From NCBI GenBank assembly GCA_041309145.1, contig JBFZAG010000079.1:15-64014 (forward strand): DNA of 64,000 nucleotides, in the 5' to 3' direction. The DNA is from Candidatus Omnitrophota bacterium. GTDB lineage: Bacteria; Omnitrophota; Gorgyraeia; Gygaellales; Profunditerraquicolaceae. Both the position numbers and the translations under genes were made by a program. Positions 19,301 through 26,232 of this stretch are shown here, one piece after another. Under the pieces are notes generated by a model. The model had not been told where the DNA came from. It ran no database searches and worked only from the letters and a program-made list of their open reading frames with translations. The first letter of the stretch is position 1, and the number at the start of each line of letters is the position of its first letter.

Positions 19301-22300
19301 GCAAGCTTATTGTCGCCCAGATAAGCCAGGTTTGACTGATACTTATACGAAGGTTCGATCAAGGTTGTCGTGTGCATTCTTGACAACTGGCCGTCTTTCT
19401 CCTCAGCGAACTCGATCACCCGGATCCTCCCGTCATAATAGTCGCCCGCTGCCAATCTGTGATTGCCCAGGTAAGCTAATCCGCCGATCTCGTCCAAATC
19501 GTCTTCAGAATGCCGGATAACCTTTTTTGTTTTAAGGTCAAAAATTGCGATCCCTTCCTTTGCGCGGGAAGAACCGACAGCGAGTCTCCCCTCGCCCATA
19601 TACGCCAAAGACGAAGGAGACTCTATTCCCAGATCTTTCCCGGAAATCGCCGGGCCCATGGACTTAGTGTCGATATCAACAATAAAAATATTCTCCCCGT
19701 TGCTTGCCGCCAATTGGTCATTTCCCAGGTAAGCCAGACTTTTACCGTCAAAATTATAGAAAAACTCTTCCCGTTCCTGCCAGTTGTCCGCATCGATTAT
19801 CTTTATGCTTTTTGTTCCCCGATCCGCTATTGCCAGGCACCCCTTGAAAAGACCGTCTGTTATAAACGCGCTGACTCCCGGTTCCAGCAAACCTATATTA
19901 CTTATGGTCGTGACGCTTTCCGCGGAGCTGAAATCGTATTTTCCACTGGCCGCTGGTCTTTCTTGAGGCACAGCTTCCTGCTCCCGGACGAATTCCTTTT
20001 TCAGCATCTCGTAAAATTTATTGGCAGCCTGGGGATTGTTCTTGTAGATGCGCATCCAGCGCAAAATAAGCCTTTTGGCGCTATTGCCCTCAACATAACC
20101 AAGCCCCTCATTGATGGCTTGAAAACAGTCTTCATAGCCCTCCAGGTTTTTATCCTTAAAAACCTCTTGCGCGTACTCAAAGATCTCTTCATCCAGCAGG
20201 GCAACCGCTTTGGCCTCGACCTGGGAGATCAATGAATGCAGGATCCCGTTGCCGTTGAACCGGCGCAAACTGCCGGCGATCAGAAGATTGGAAGCATAAC
20301 GGTTCAAACGCGAGGGGTATTCCCGGTTGCCGAAATAAGCTCCGTGCACAGCCAGAAAATTTGCATCCGGCATAAAAATTCCGGCGGGGAATTTCAGCAA
20401 GGCCGAAAAGGCCTCTTGATCGGTCTCCTGGAAAGGCAGGATCTTCCCCCAATCAATGAGCTCGCGCAGGCTCGTTGGTATCCCTCCGGCGAAATCATTC
20501 AGGCGGATAAAAAGCTCTTCCAGGGCTTTTTCATCACTGGGATTATTCTTCAGGTGATCATGCAGCCATTGCTTTTGTTCTTCGGAAAGGACGGCGTTGA
20601 GAAAGGCTTTTTTCTCCAGTAATGGCAGTAATTGTACTTGCAGCTTCTTTTCCTGTTCCAGCCTTTTCTCATAAGGCAAAAACCAGCCTTTGTCCGGATT
20701 GCGCTTGCCGTATCCCACAAAAAAGTTCAGCCGCAGGTTCAACAGCAGCGGATACTCTTTCCATTTTTCGTAGATCGTTCTGTTGACCAGAATATAAGGG
20801 CCGAAAGTAAGATAGCTCAGGCGGGAAGATGCCTGGAACGGGACAGTGAAGGCCTTCTTGAACTTAGCTTTGGCGAAGCCAGCGGAAATATCTTCCGCTC
20901 CCGGGATCTGCTCAGGCGAGATGCTGTAGATCAGCTCTTCATCCAGGAAGAGCGTAGCCTCGGGATATTCTATCTGGTGGAACAGGCTGTCATTCGGCAG
21001 GATCAGTTTATTCTGCCGCATCACAAACGGGATGAGCTGGCCTTTTGCCGAATCAAGCAAAGGCTGCAGGGCTCCCACCCGCTTGTTCTTTCCGTCCAGA
21101 AGCTTGACCGCCTGCATGAAACCGTTGATCAGCGAAACCTGGTGGATGGGGTTCTTGGCGCTGATCTTGTCGGCCAGGGCCTTGATCGCGGCATGGGTGC
21201 TTTCGTCGATCTCGATCTCGTTGCGGGAAACCGGAAGCCGGGTGGATGACGGCAGCTGAATGACCAGCTCCTGCGGCAGGTCATAGCCGGATACCTCAAA
21301 CGACTGGATATTGATCCCGGCGACCTGGAAGACGATCCGGCATAATCCTTCCTTGCCGGCAAAGCTTGCGGCCCGGTAAAACAAATGCACCTGCCCGGAG
21401 ATCTCTTCCTCCGACTGCTGTTTAGGTATGGGGTTGTTTTCGCCTAAGCGCGGCACAAGATATTTCTTGAAGATCACCTCATCCGACATCCCGCTTCCCC
21501 TGTCTTCGACGATTATCCTGCCGTCTTGCACAGCCACGTCAATGCGCTTGCCGGGAAAATCGTAACGCAGGGTCTCGCCGTTGAGATAAACGTAAGAATC
21601 CAGCGGATTGAGCAGTTCGCCGTTCAAATAAACCGGCATCCGGGTAAAAAGATTAAGCCGGGAGCGCAGGTATTCAATGACCTCTTTTTCCACTCCGGCC
21701 ATATGGCCGGGGATTTCAATGTCGATAATGGTCCCGTTGGTTTCTTTGGTGGTTTTTTCGGCGGTAAAATAAATACCTTTGTCCTTGCCTCTGAAGAACT
21801 CGATCTGCCTGGCCTTGTTGCTTGAGGTAGCGGTCTGCACCCCGATCCTTCCGCCCTCATTCACAAAAGCCAGCATCTGCAAGCCGCCCATGCCGAACCT
21901 GCCTATGGACTGGCTTCTGCCGGTAATGGCGTCCGAGCAATTGGATACCAGCTCCAGGATCGACTGCAAAATGGTATCCGCCTGCCGGGTGATCAAAGGC
22001 TGGATATTCGCTGGCCCGTAATTACCGGCGTAGACTCTTTCCCGCAAAGCCTTAAGGTCATTGAAATCCTCAGCGCCATTTCCTTTTTCAGCCAGAGAAA
22101 CTTTTATATAGCGGATATAATCGGCAAGCGGTATCCCTCTGTTTTCGAGATCAAGGCCCAAAGCCCGTTTAGGGAGCGCGGGCTTTTCCGGAGCGGGAAT
22201 AATAGTTGCCCGGTTGTCTTCTTTTATTTTGAAACTGATCTTCAAAAAGTTCAGCTTTTCCGCGATAAATTTCAGGATGCCGGAAAATGCGCCCCCGGAG

Positions 22301-23388
22301 ATTATGATCCTGCCTCCGTCAGCCAGATTTGATCCGCTCTTCGGGTCAAAAATTATCCCGCCGCTGAAATACTGCCTTATTGTCAGCCCGTACGGGGTCT
22401 GGACGTTTTTCTGCAGATTATATTCTCCCTTTTTGAACGATCTTTGATACTCCTTAAAATACGTATCCTTTGTCCATTGGGTTACCGAAATCAACCCTTT
22501 TAACTCCCGGCTGTCGATCTTGGAAAGCAAAAAATCATGTTCTCCTTGTGACTTTGTGACCTGTGACCTCGTGACTTTGTCTTTAAACCACTGCGCCAGT
22601 ATCAGCGAGTAATAAACCTGGCGCAGGGCGGCGTAGCGCTTAGAGGTATTCACTTCTTTGGTCAGTTTGGGCAGGATCAATTCCCGGATCAGGAGAGAGG
22701 AATAATCATTGATCTTTTTTAAGCGCGGGTCATTAAATGCGCGCTCCGCAGAATCTTTCCGGTAATCCGCTTCCAGCATCACTTTTAAATTAGCCTTGTA
22801 GATATAGGCGTTGTCCGGGGATTCGCTGATGATCACTTCACCGGGAACGATCCAGGGGCGGGTCAAAGTGGGAATGCTGATGTTTTCGGACCCGAACAAT
22901 TCTTCGGCTTTAAGATAAAGCTTGTCCCAGTAATCTTTTCCTTCAGGGGTATCCGGAGAAGTATGCTTAGCAATGTCTTTTTTGAGCTGGACATCGGCTT
23001 CGAGCATGATCCTGCCCAGGTCGGTCTGGGCCAGACGATCATCAATTACTTCATCCGGGGAATCCGGCCGCAAATTTACCCAGAACATGCTGTCAGGCAG
23101 GGCCAGCCCGATCTGGAAATACTCCATTAATTTTCCGGCGGCTTCCTCTATTTGCGGAGGTTTCAAGTCGTTAATATCTCCTTTGTCCAAAAGGAAAACA
23201 AAATTCTTTCCGGAAGGAATATAAGTCAGGCTTCTTAAATGAGCGGGACGGAATATATCTTTAAGGGGAACAGACGGGTTCGGAAAAGCGGGAAGGCTTA
23301 TCTGTGGCCCGACCTGGCTGAAGCCGGCCTGCTCAAAAGTAAGACAGAAAACTATCAGCAGAGTAATAACTTTTTTCATCATTCTCAT
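13372..23388 (-). CDS. giant secreted multidomain protein (3338 aa): signal peptide, ~450-aa N-domain, GHKL/HSP90-like motif segment, long array of ~50-60-aa beta-rich repeats (propeller-like), ~900-aa non-repetitive C-terminal region with a His-rich patch
   Basis: Single uninterrupted 10,017-nt ORF with ATG start. N-terminal signal peptide MRMMKKVITLLIVFCLTFEQAGFSQ. Recurring motifs LAYLG[ND]..LA and G.PVF....G...F (more than 15 copies). ELVSNCSDA at aa 479, IGRFGMGG at aa 495 and IVEDRGSGMSDEVI at aa 626. HESQHHALFEQPGDHTHHSDE near the C-terminus. Confidence 0.8.
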   Translation of the reverse strand: MRMMKKVITLLIVFCLTFEQAGFSQVGPQISLPAFPNPSVPLKDIFRPAHLRSLTYIPSGKNFVFLLDKGDINDLKPPQIEEAAGKLMEYFQIGLALPDSMFWVNLRPDSPDEVIDDRLAQTDLGRIMLEADVQLKKDIAKHTSPDTPEGKDYWDKLYLKAEELFGSENISIPTLTRPWIVPGEVIISESPDNAYIYKANLKVMLEADYRKDSAERAFNDPRLKKINDYSSLLIRELILPKLTKEVNTSKRYAALRQVYYSLILAQWFKDKVTRSQVTKSQGEHDFLLSKIDSRELKGLISVTQWTKDTYFKEYQRSFKKGEYNLQKNVQTPYGLTIRQYFSGGIIFDPKSGSNLADGGRIIISGGAFSGILKFIAEKLNFLKISFKIKEDNRATIIPAPEKPALPKRALGLDLENRGIPLADYIRYIKVSLAEKGNGAEDFNDLKALRERVYAGNYGPANIQPLITRQADTILQSILELVSNCSDAITGRSQSIGRFGMGGLQMLAFVNEGGRIGVQTATSSNKARQIEFFRGKDKGIYFTAEKTTKETNGTIIDIEIPGHMAGVEKEVIEYLRSRLNLFTRMPVYLNGELLNPLDSYVYLNGETLRYDFPGKRIDVAVQDGRIIVEDRGSGMSDEVIFKKYLVPRLGENNPIPKQQSEEEISGQVHLFYRAASFAGKEGLCRIVFQVAGINIQSFEVSGYDLPQELVIQLPSSTRLPVSRNEIEIDESTHAAIKALADKISAKNPIHQVSLINGFMQAVKLLDGKNKRVGALQPLLDSAKGQLIPFVMRQNKLILPNDSLFHQIEYPEATLFLDEELIYSISPEQIPGAEDISAGFAKAKFKKAFTVPFQASSRLSYLTFGPYILVNRTIYEKWKEYPLLLNLRLNFFVGYGKRNPDKGWFLPYEKRLEQEKKLQVQLLPLLEKKAFLNAVLSEEQKQWLHDHLKNNPSDEKALEELFIRLNDFAGGIPTSLRELIDWGKILPFQETDQEAFSALLKFPAGIFMPDANFLAVHGAYFGNREYPSRLNRYASNLLIAGSLRRFNGNGILHSLISQVEAKAVALLDEEIFEYAQEVFKDKNLEGYEDCFQAINEGLGYVEGNSAKRLILRWMRIYKNNPQAANKFYEMLKKEFVREQEAVPQERPAASGKYDFSSAESVTTISNIGLLEPGVSAFITDGLFKGCLAIADRGTKSIKIIDADNWQEREEFFYNFDGKSLAYLGNDQLAASNGENIFIVDIDTKSMGPAISGKDLGIESPSSLAYMGEGRLAVGSSRAKEGIAIFDLKTKKVIRHSEDDLDEIGGLAYLGNHRLAAGDYYDGRIRVIEFAEEKDGQLSRMHTTTLIEPSYKYQSNLAYLGDNKLAMQKGEEGGLRTIIIDLESGEEVWSSMGELIPKGMSYLGDGRLVLSAPNDGSLRVVQFKAAEGKKAADDFKIVDPEKLPVSLVTEHKLHYFDIPKTSQRLGTYKDGNPLFAAMDENNKNIINIFTVDRDSRKNMQLTDFGLAFFPGNGVIATGMNFQGDKPVFVAQSDDGRVAFMAFDMENNKVSLISVIFDQQGNALGSSNRVEFTGMNKDGQPVFTATSGNHIYFYAIDFIHGTAEVMDGIVVLSSNQGIGSVKPIGLDRGGKPMFLVTCLGGEPAVFAVDGSKFEKIPHSWPEGLGQVYDSSLIGLDKQGNTIIAMAVNNGVYILSLDPEKHAGAILKDYPNELAVANFRDMRFDRESGKLTLLFNDPESARAIEAFEYDLSDALVGSAPKEPLLPLSSQILVPERILSDVALNMEFQEPIDEQQRVLSLNIEARGKPLYLQSQKDRQTLTVLSIDRSTNQKTVLANFDTNMTLSSVAGISITGFKHAGVDPVFSAFSSEGVKFYAYSIEEKSIRELARFDRDETVFDSLHNEILFSGLYHNDLPVFICYSQKITAFTLDFKSKSMAALTEIPGLNTIRKLRATGFKSNGAEVFIGHGSDGLIALTLDPRTWQIKFSALNQQQIDPATWPRNPVVTAMSYQGKPVIIFWDAFDTAQLIFASWDIEGNAYERIKEVDIKNLKARESGSNLLLDVQDHSKIEESSNFSLDDLAYDPQKREFTSVVRIYDEKNSWGVFSLDLSAALNEPKARQPSAISTPLILEPENMPSDGEMKIEHSYLKGEKAAYLGKDKQGRRLFAVHEKASLGKIKVFSVDKNGEKEERAQFRLKFLSSIENPLFTGWHLGEDPVFSLQASKEIKFFKFNQQDNKIEEIAGFDPEKNGLDYHPEVEFTGLYDDNKPVFIAHNYTATVFTLDCANNRALPLNSIKASLAILSLRRATFEIKGKVVFLFVDNSQIKILTLDKETKAMEVIPISSRYKKTAPGPELIDSLSSHSIRLAPILMDNGLSAFSNVRRDTLPSEVIGTELYYQGKPVIVFYDSMRKGKLIYASLDLEKNEYQVIRQYELKDIKEERGSLYLHDINFDPILKELSAVARDSGRLDGFNGFISWDLSKAIKMPGQKEKPLPLIRSGFAALDSRDDLSGLPPLERNLVRFLKEKDIEFIEEAEVEPRDPSWKEIVNIAKEPIPLAALNYVFDKNAEEIKADPGLTPEKFLAMLGAAKSINLAAYLQIVLSAIESQDRTERVWVREVGIQNPRDAIRKAREEGELAINEGAIIHRNFINKKEWVYSIRDPVGMDFWKLARYYFPLDESSKNYLEDTGNLGQGNYTLFADFDEVFIRTSEGKGMINELVIANDPQKGPVIVSWEVLKGKYKGTEIRRKKNLAGSDPQLESLFIQEALQRFAGAIQSPQSSKEQGSEPDARDVEIRYNGKTFREEIKVAASLEIGKNWGTVTLARAKEKLNKRVIQDGIFIKFPDPKELKYVPQRIIDAYQRFGGLHIMVPREIMLNIPRNGYSQEGKFLHRLQVAILHAMMQAVLKDYSERVAPIPGEPQDYYSNETAYDDILAQKIAGLMEEKEYEGITSGMLEPFVRDPLKFFELLSHVPFTSSNHNGKITLHLIREKLLEEAKLRKARAEAADIGSRSFSDIFSGKIPSGSFGEQVEEAAGLESLFGQALAGLLGQEMAQRGKAAPEKKQVPEEALVYVEPLFIRLLQAIGIKNPKVVYGYFPTAAIAFVKNNTYFFWNLEYSEARMRALAGLAQAGKIGEALRTDEKNLWEFLEDSVHESQHHALFEQPGDHTHHSDETIDNSFAFRMGAALDRILFGMAPPEIIDPENAAKESVVISEPQDSAQGSRLDGGQKSDRGGIDLSQIPFQVRGALDTLNYGAADFNLTAMDCQSELESVQTLAESGMAPSVERIFGILQAASLQGQVSLVRPGLLFCLAAILRAQEGECEQAPSEVKSALWFLASQESSLN

Positions 23389-23576
23389 ATTATTTTTTAA
23401 AGTTTTTAATTAGCCGGAATAAAAAAGCCACGTAAATCCGATGGGTACCCATCGGAGTCCGTGGCAAGAAGATTTTTTGTTAATTGGAAAAAATAAGTTT
23501 ACCTACAGTCATTACAAGCTTAACCTATAAATAAGCGGGATTCAAGTGTAAAATCCTGGCTTTTGAAACCCTTTTC

Positions 23577-23611
23577 AGGGACGGTTCTCACTTAGATCAA
23601 GAACTGTCCCC
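23577..23611. repeat. REP-like palindromic element (same family as the hairpins flanking the RAYT gene at 54.2 kb)
   Basis: agggacggttctc-ACTTAGATCAA-gaactgtcccc is nearly identical to 54180-54214 (agggacggttctc-GTTTAGATCAA-gaagtgtccct). Confidence 0.6.
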
Positions 23612-23673
23612 CCCCGGCCGAACAGCTTTGCTTTATCTTGAGAACTCCCCCTGATTATGGTATTATTAGATTT

Positions 23674-26232
23674 ATGGAAAATCTTACCCCCATGCTTGCC
23701 CAATACCAAAAGATCAAAAACCAGCACCCGGAAAGTATCCTCTTTTTTCGCCTGGGCGATTTCTACGAGATGTTTTACGATGACGCCAGGAAAGCCTGCG
23801 GGATCCTGGATGTGGTCCTGACTTCCCGGGACGCCGGAAAATCCGGAAAAGCGCCGATGTGCGGCATTCCTTATCACGCCGCTGATACTTATATTGCCAA
23901 GCTGATCAAAGCAGGGCTAAAAGTAGCTATCTGCGAACAGGTTGAAGACCCGGCTCTGGCCAAAGGCATAGTCAAACGCGAAGTGATCCGGGTGATCACT
24001 TCCGGGACTTATATTGACGAGGCGAATTTTGAAGCCCGCTCCCTGGCCAGCCTGGCCTTTGTGGATAAAAAGATCGGCCTGGCTTTCATTGACACTGCCA
24101 GCGGCACTCTTAAAACCCAGGAATTCTCCCAGCCTCTTCAGGTGATCGAGATCCTGGCCAAGAATTTTATCTCTGAATGCATATTCCCTCTCGGCCAAAA
24201 AACCGAGATACAGGAACTTTTTAAACACCCGGTTTTAAGAAACCGCTCAATAACTTTAAGCCCTTTTGAAGACTGGGCTTTTAACATTGACTTAAGCCGC
24301 AAAGCGCTCTGCGAGCACTTCCATACCCGCAATTTGCGCGGTTTCGGGATTGAAGAAATGCCTTCTGCGATCGCGGCCAGCGGCGCCATCCTGGAATACT
24401 TGAAACAGGTGCACAAACAGCCTCTCCGGCATATCGATAAGATCAGCCTCTATGTTGAAAGCGATCGCGTTTTTATCTCTCCGGCCGCGGTTTCAGGCCT
24501 GGACCTGGAAGGCCTTTTCAAGACTATTGACCGCACCCGGTCTGCTTTAGGCCGGAGAAAACTCAAAGACTGGCTTTACCATCCTTTAAAAACCCCTCTG
24601 GTGATCCTCAAGCGCCAGGAAGCGGTAAGTTTATTGAGAAACGCCCCGGATCTTCAGGAAGATCTGGGCAAGATATTGGCGGTTATGCCGGATATCGAGA
24701 AAAGTATTTCCCGGATCTCCTGCGCCACCTCCGGAGCCCGCGATCTTTTGGCTCTGCGCCATGCCCTTCTCGCCTTGCCGGAGATCGCAGAAATAGTTTC
24801 TCCTTTAAAAGAAAAAAATAATTTTTTTGACATTCAAGATATCCCGCATTTAAGGGAATATTTAGAAAAATCCATCAGCCCCGAGATCCCCCTCTCTCAT
24901 CCCGAAGGCAAGATCATTAATCAAGGGTTCAATCCAGAGCTGGACTCTCTGCGGGAGATCAGGGAAAACGGGAATACCTGGCTTAAAAATATGCAAGCCA
25001 AAGAAATCCAGCGCAGCAAGATCAATTCCCTGAAGATCGGCTTTACTTCGGTCTTCGGTTATTACATCGAGATCTCGAAATCAAACCTGGACCGCGTTCC
25101 CGCGGAATATATCCGCAAGCAGACCCTGGTCAACGCCGAGCGGTTCATAACCCAGGAGCTCAAGGATTTCGAGGAAAAAATGCTTTTCGCGGATGAAAAG
25201 ATCTTAAAGCTCGAAGCCTCGATCATCGCCGAGGTCCATAAAAATATCCTGGATAATGTAAAAGTTTTGCACGAATTCAGCTGGCAGATCGCGACCCTGG
25301 ACTGCCTCAATTCGCTTTGCTCTTTAAGCCGCCAGCCCGGCTACATTTGCCCTGAAATAAGCGATAGCCTGGAAATAGACATCAAAGACGGCCGCCATCC
25401 AATGGTCGAAAGATCTATTCCCGAGCCTTTTATCCCCAACGACACTTTTCTGGACTGCAGCCAAAATCACCTGGTCATCCTGACCGGTCCGAACATGGCC
25501 GGAAAATCCACTTACATCCGCCAGACCGCGATCCTGGTCATCTTAGCCCAGATCGGAAGTTATATCCCGGCAGCATCAGCTTCTATCGGCGTCGTGGACA
25601 AGGTCTTCACCCGCATCGGCGCTCATGACGAGATCACTAAAGGCCAAAGCACTTTTATGGTGGAAATGTCGGAAACCGCGGGGATATTGAATAATCTTTC
25701 CGAACGAAGTCTGGTTGTCCTGGATGAGATCGGCCGGGGAACCTCCACTTTTGACGGATTAAGCCTGGCCTGGGCGATCTCTGAATATCTGGCAAAACAA
25801 AAGTCCCGGACAATGTTCGCCACCCATTTTCACGAGCTCACCGCCCTGGCCGAGGAATTCAGCGGAGTAAAAAATTTTAATGTCTCGGTCAAGGAATGGA
25901 ACGATGAAATAATCTTTTTGCACAAGATCGTTCCCGGAGGAACCGACGACAGTTACGGTATTTACGTGGCTAAGCTCGCCGGGATCCCCCCGGAAGTGGT
26001 GCAGCGCGCGCAGAAGATCCTGACCCGGCTGGAGATCTCCGATGACCTCCAGGCCAAGATCCGCAACCGCATTCCGGAGGAAGAACAGATTTCCATATTC
26101 AACAAAAAGAACAACGCTCTCCTGGAAAAAATAAAAGACGAGATCGCAAATCTCGACGTAAATTCCCTGACGCCTTTGGAGGCCTTGAACAAATTACAGC
26201 AATTAAAAAAGAAGGTAGCTGACAATGAATAA
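23674..26232 (+). CDS. mutS: DNA mismatch repair protein MutS
   Basis: N-terminal mismatch-binding region (LTPMLAQYQKIK..FFRLGDFYE), Walker A GPNMAGKST, and the ST[FY]..E..E signature. ATG at 23674 preferred over the upstream TTG in the track. Confidence 0.9.
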   Translation: MENLTPMLAQYQKIKNQHPESILFFRLGDFYEMFYDDARKACGILDVVLTSRDAGKSGKAPMCGIPYHAADTYIAKLIKAGLKVAICEQVEDPALAKGIVKREVIRVITSGTYIDEANFEARSLASLAFVDKKIGLAFIDTASGTLKTQEFSQPLQVIEILAKNFISECIFPLGQKTEIQELFKHPVLRNRSITLSPFEDWAFNIDLSRKALCEHFHTRNLRGFGIEEMPSAIAASGAILEYLKQVHKQPLRHIDKISLYVESDRVFISPAAVSGLDLEGLFKTIDRTRSALGRRKLKDWLYHPLKTPLVILKRQEAVSLLRNAPDLQEDLGKILAVMPDIEKSISRISCATSGARDLLALRHALLALPEIAEIVSPLKEKNNFFDIQDIPHLREYLEKSISPEIPLSHPEGKIINQGFNPELDSLREIRENGNTWLKNMQAKEIQRSKINSLKIGFTSVFGYYIEISKSNLDRVPAEYIRKQTLVNAERFITQELKDFEEKMLFADEKILKLEASIIAEVHKNILDNVKVLHEFSWQIATLDCLNSLCSLSRQPGYICPEISDSLEIDIKDGRHPMVERSIPEPFIPNDTFLDCSQNHLVILTGPNMAGKSTYIRQTAILVILAQIGSYIPAASASIGVVDKVFTRIGAHDEITKGQSTFMVEMSETAGILNNLSERSLVVLDEIGRGTSTFDGLSLAWAISEYLAKQKSRTMFATHFHELTALAEEFSGVKNFNVSVKEWNDEIIFLHKIVPGGTDDSYGIYVAKLAGIPPEVVQRAQKILTRLEISDDLQAKIRNRIPEEEQISIFNKKNNALLEKIKDEIANLDVNSLTPLEALNKLQQLKKKVADNE

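Noticed and set aside
14449-21249. Multiple 150-240-aa plus-strand ORFs (for example 14449-15051, 18601-19227, 19510-20235, 20632-21249) antisense to the giant gene
   Set aside because: They are antisense shadows of a long, continuous, well-behaved CDS, with no RBS and compositionally biased translations. The same applies to plus-strand ORFs antisense to nfnB (4320-5033), asnC (33760-34362) and the pst genes.
13372-23388. Giant protein as an RHS/polymorphic toxin or RTX/cadherin-type adhesin
   Set aside because: No YD/RHS repeats, no GGxGxD RTX nonapeptides, no recognisable C-terminal toxin or PT-TG/LPXTG sorting motif. The repeats have their own LAYLG / GxPVF signatures. It is kept as an unclassified secreted repeat protein.
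23389-23673. Small palindrome tccgatgggtacccatcgga (23441-23460) in the giant-gene/mutS divergent promoter region as a specific operator
   Set aside because: It is a single 9-bp-arm palindrome with no second copy in the window and no adjacent regulator gene. There is not enough evidence to call a binding site.
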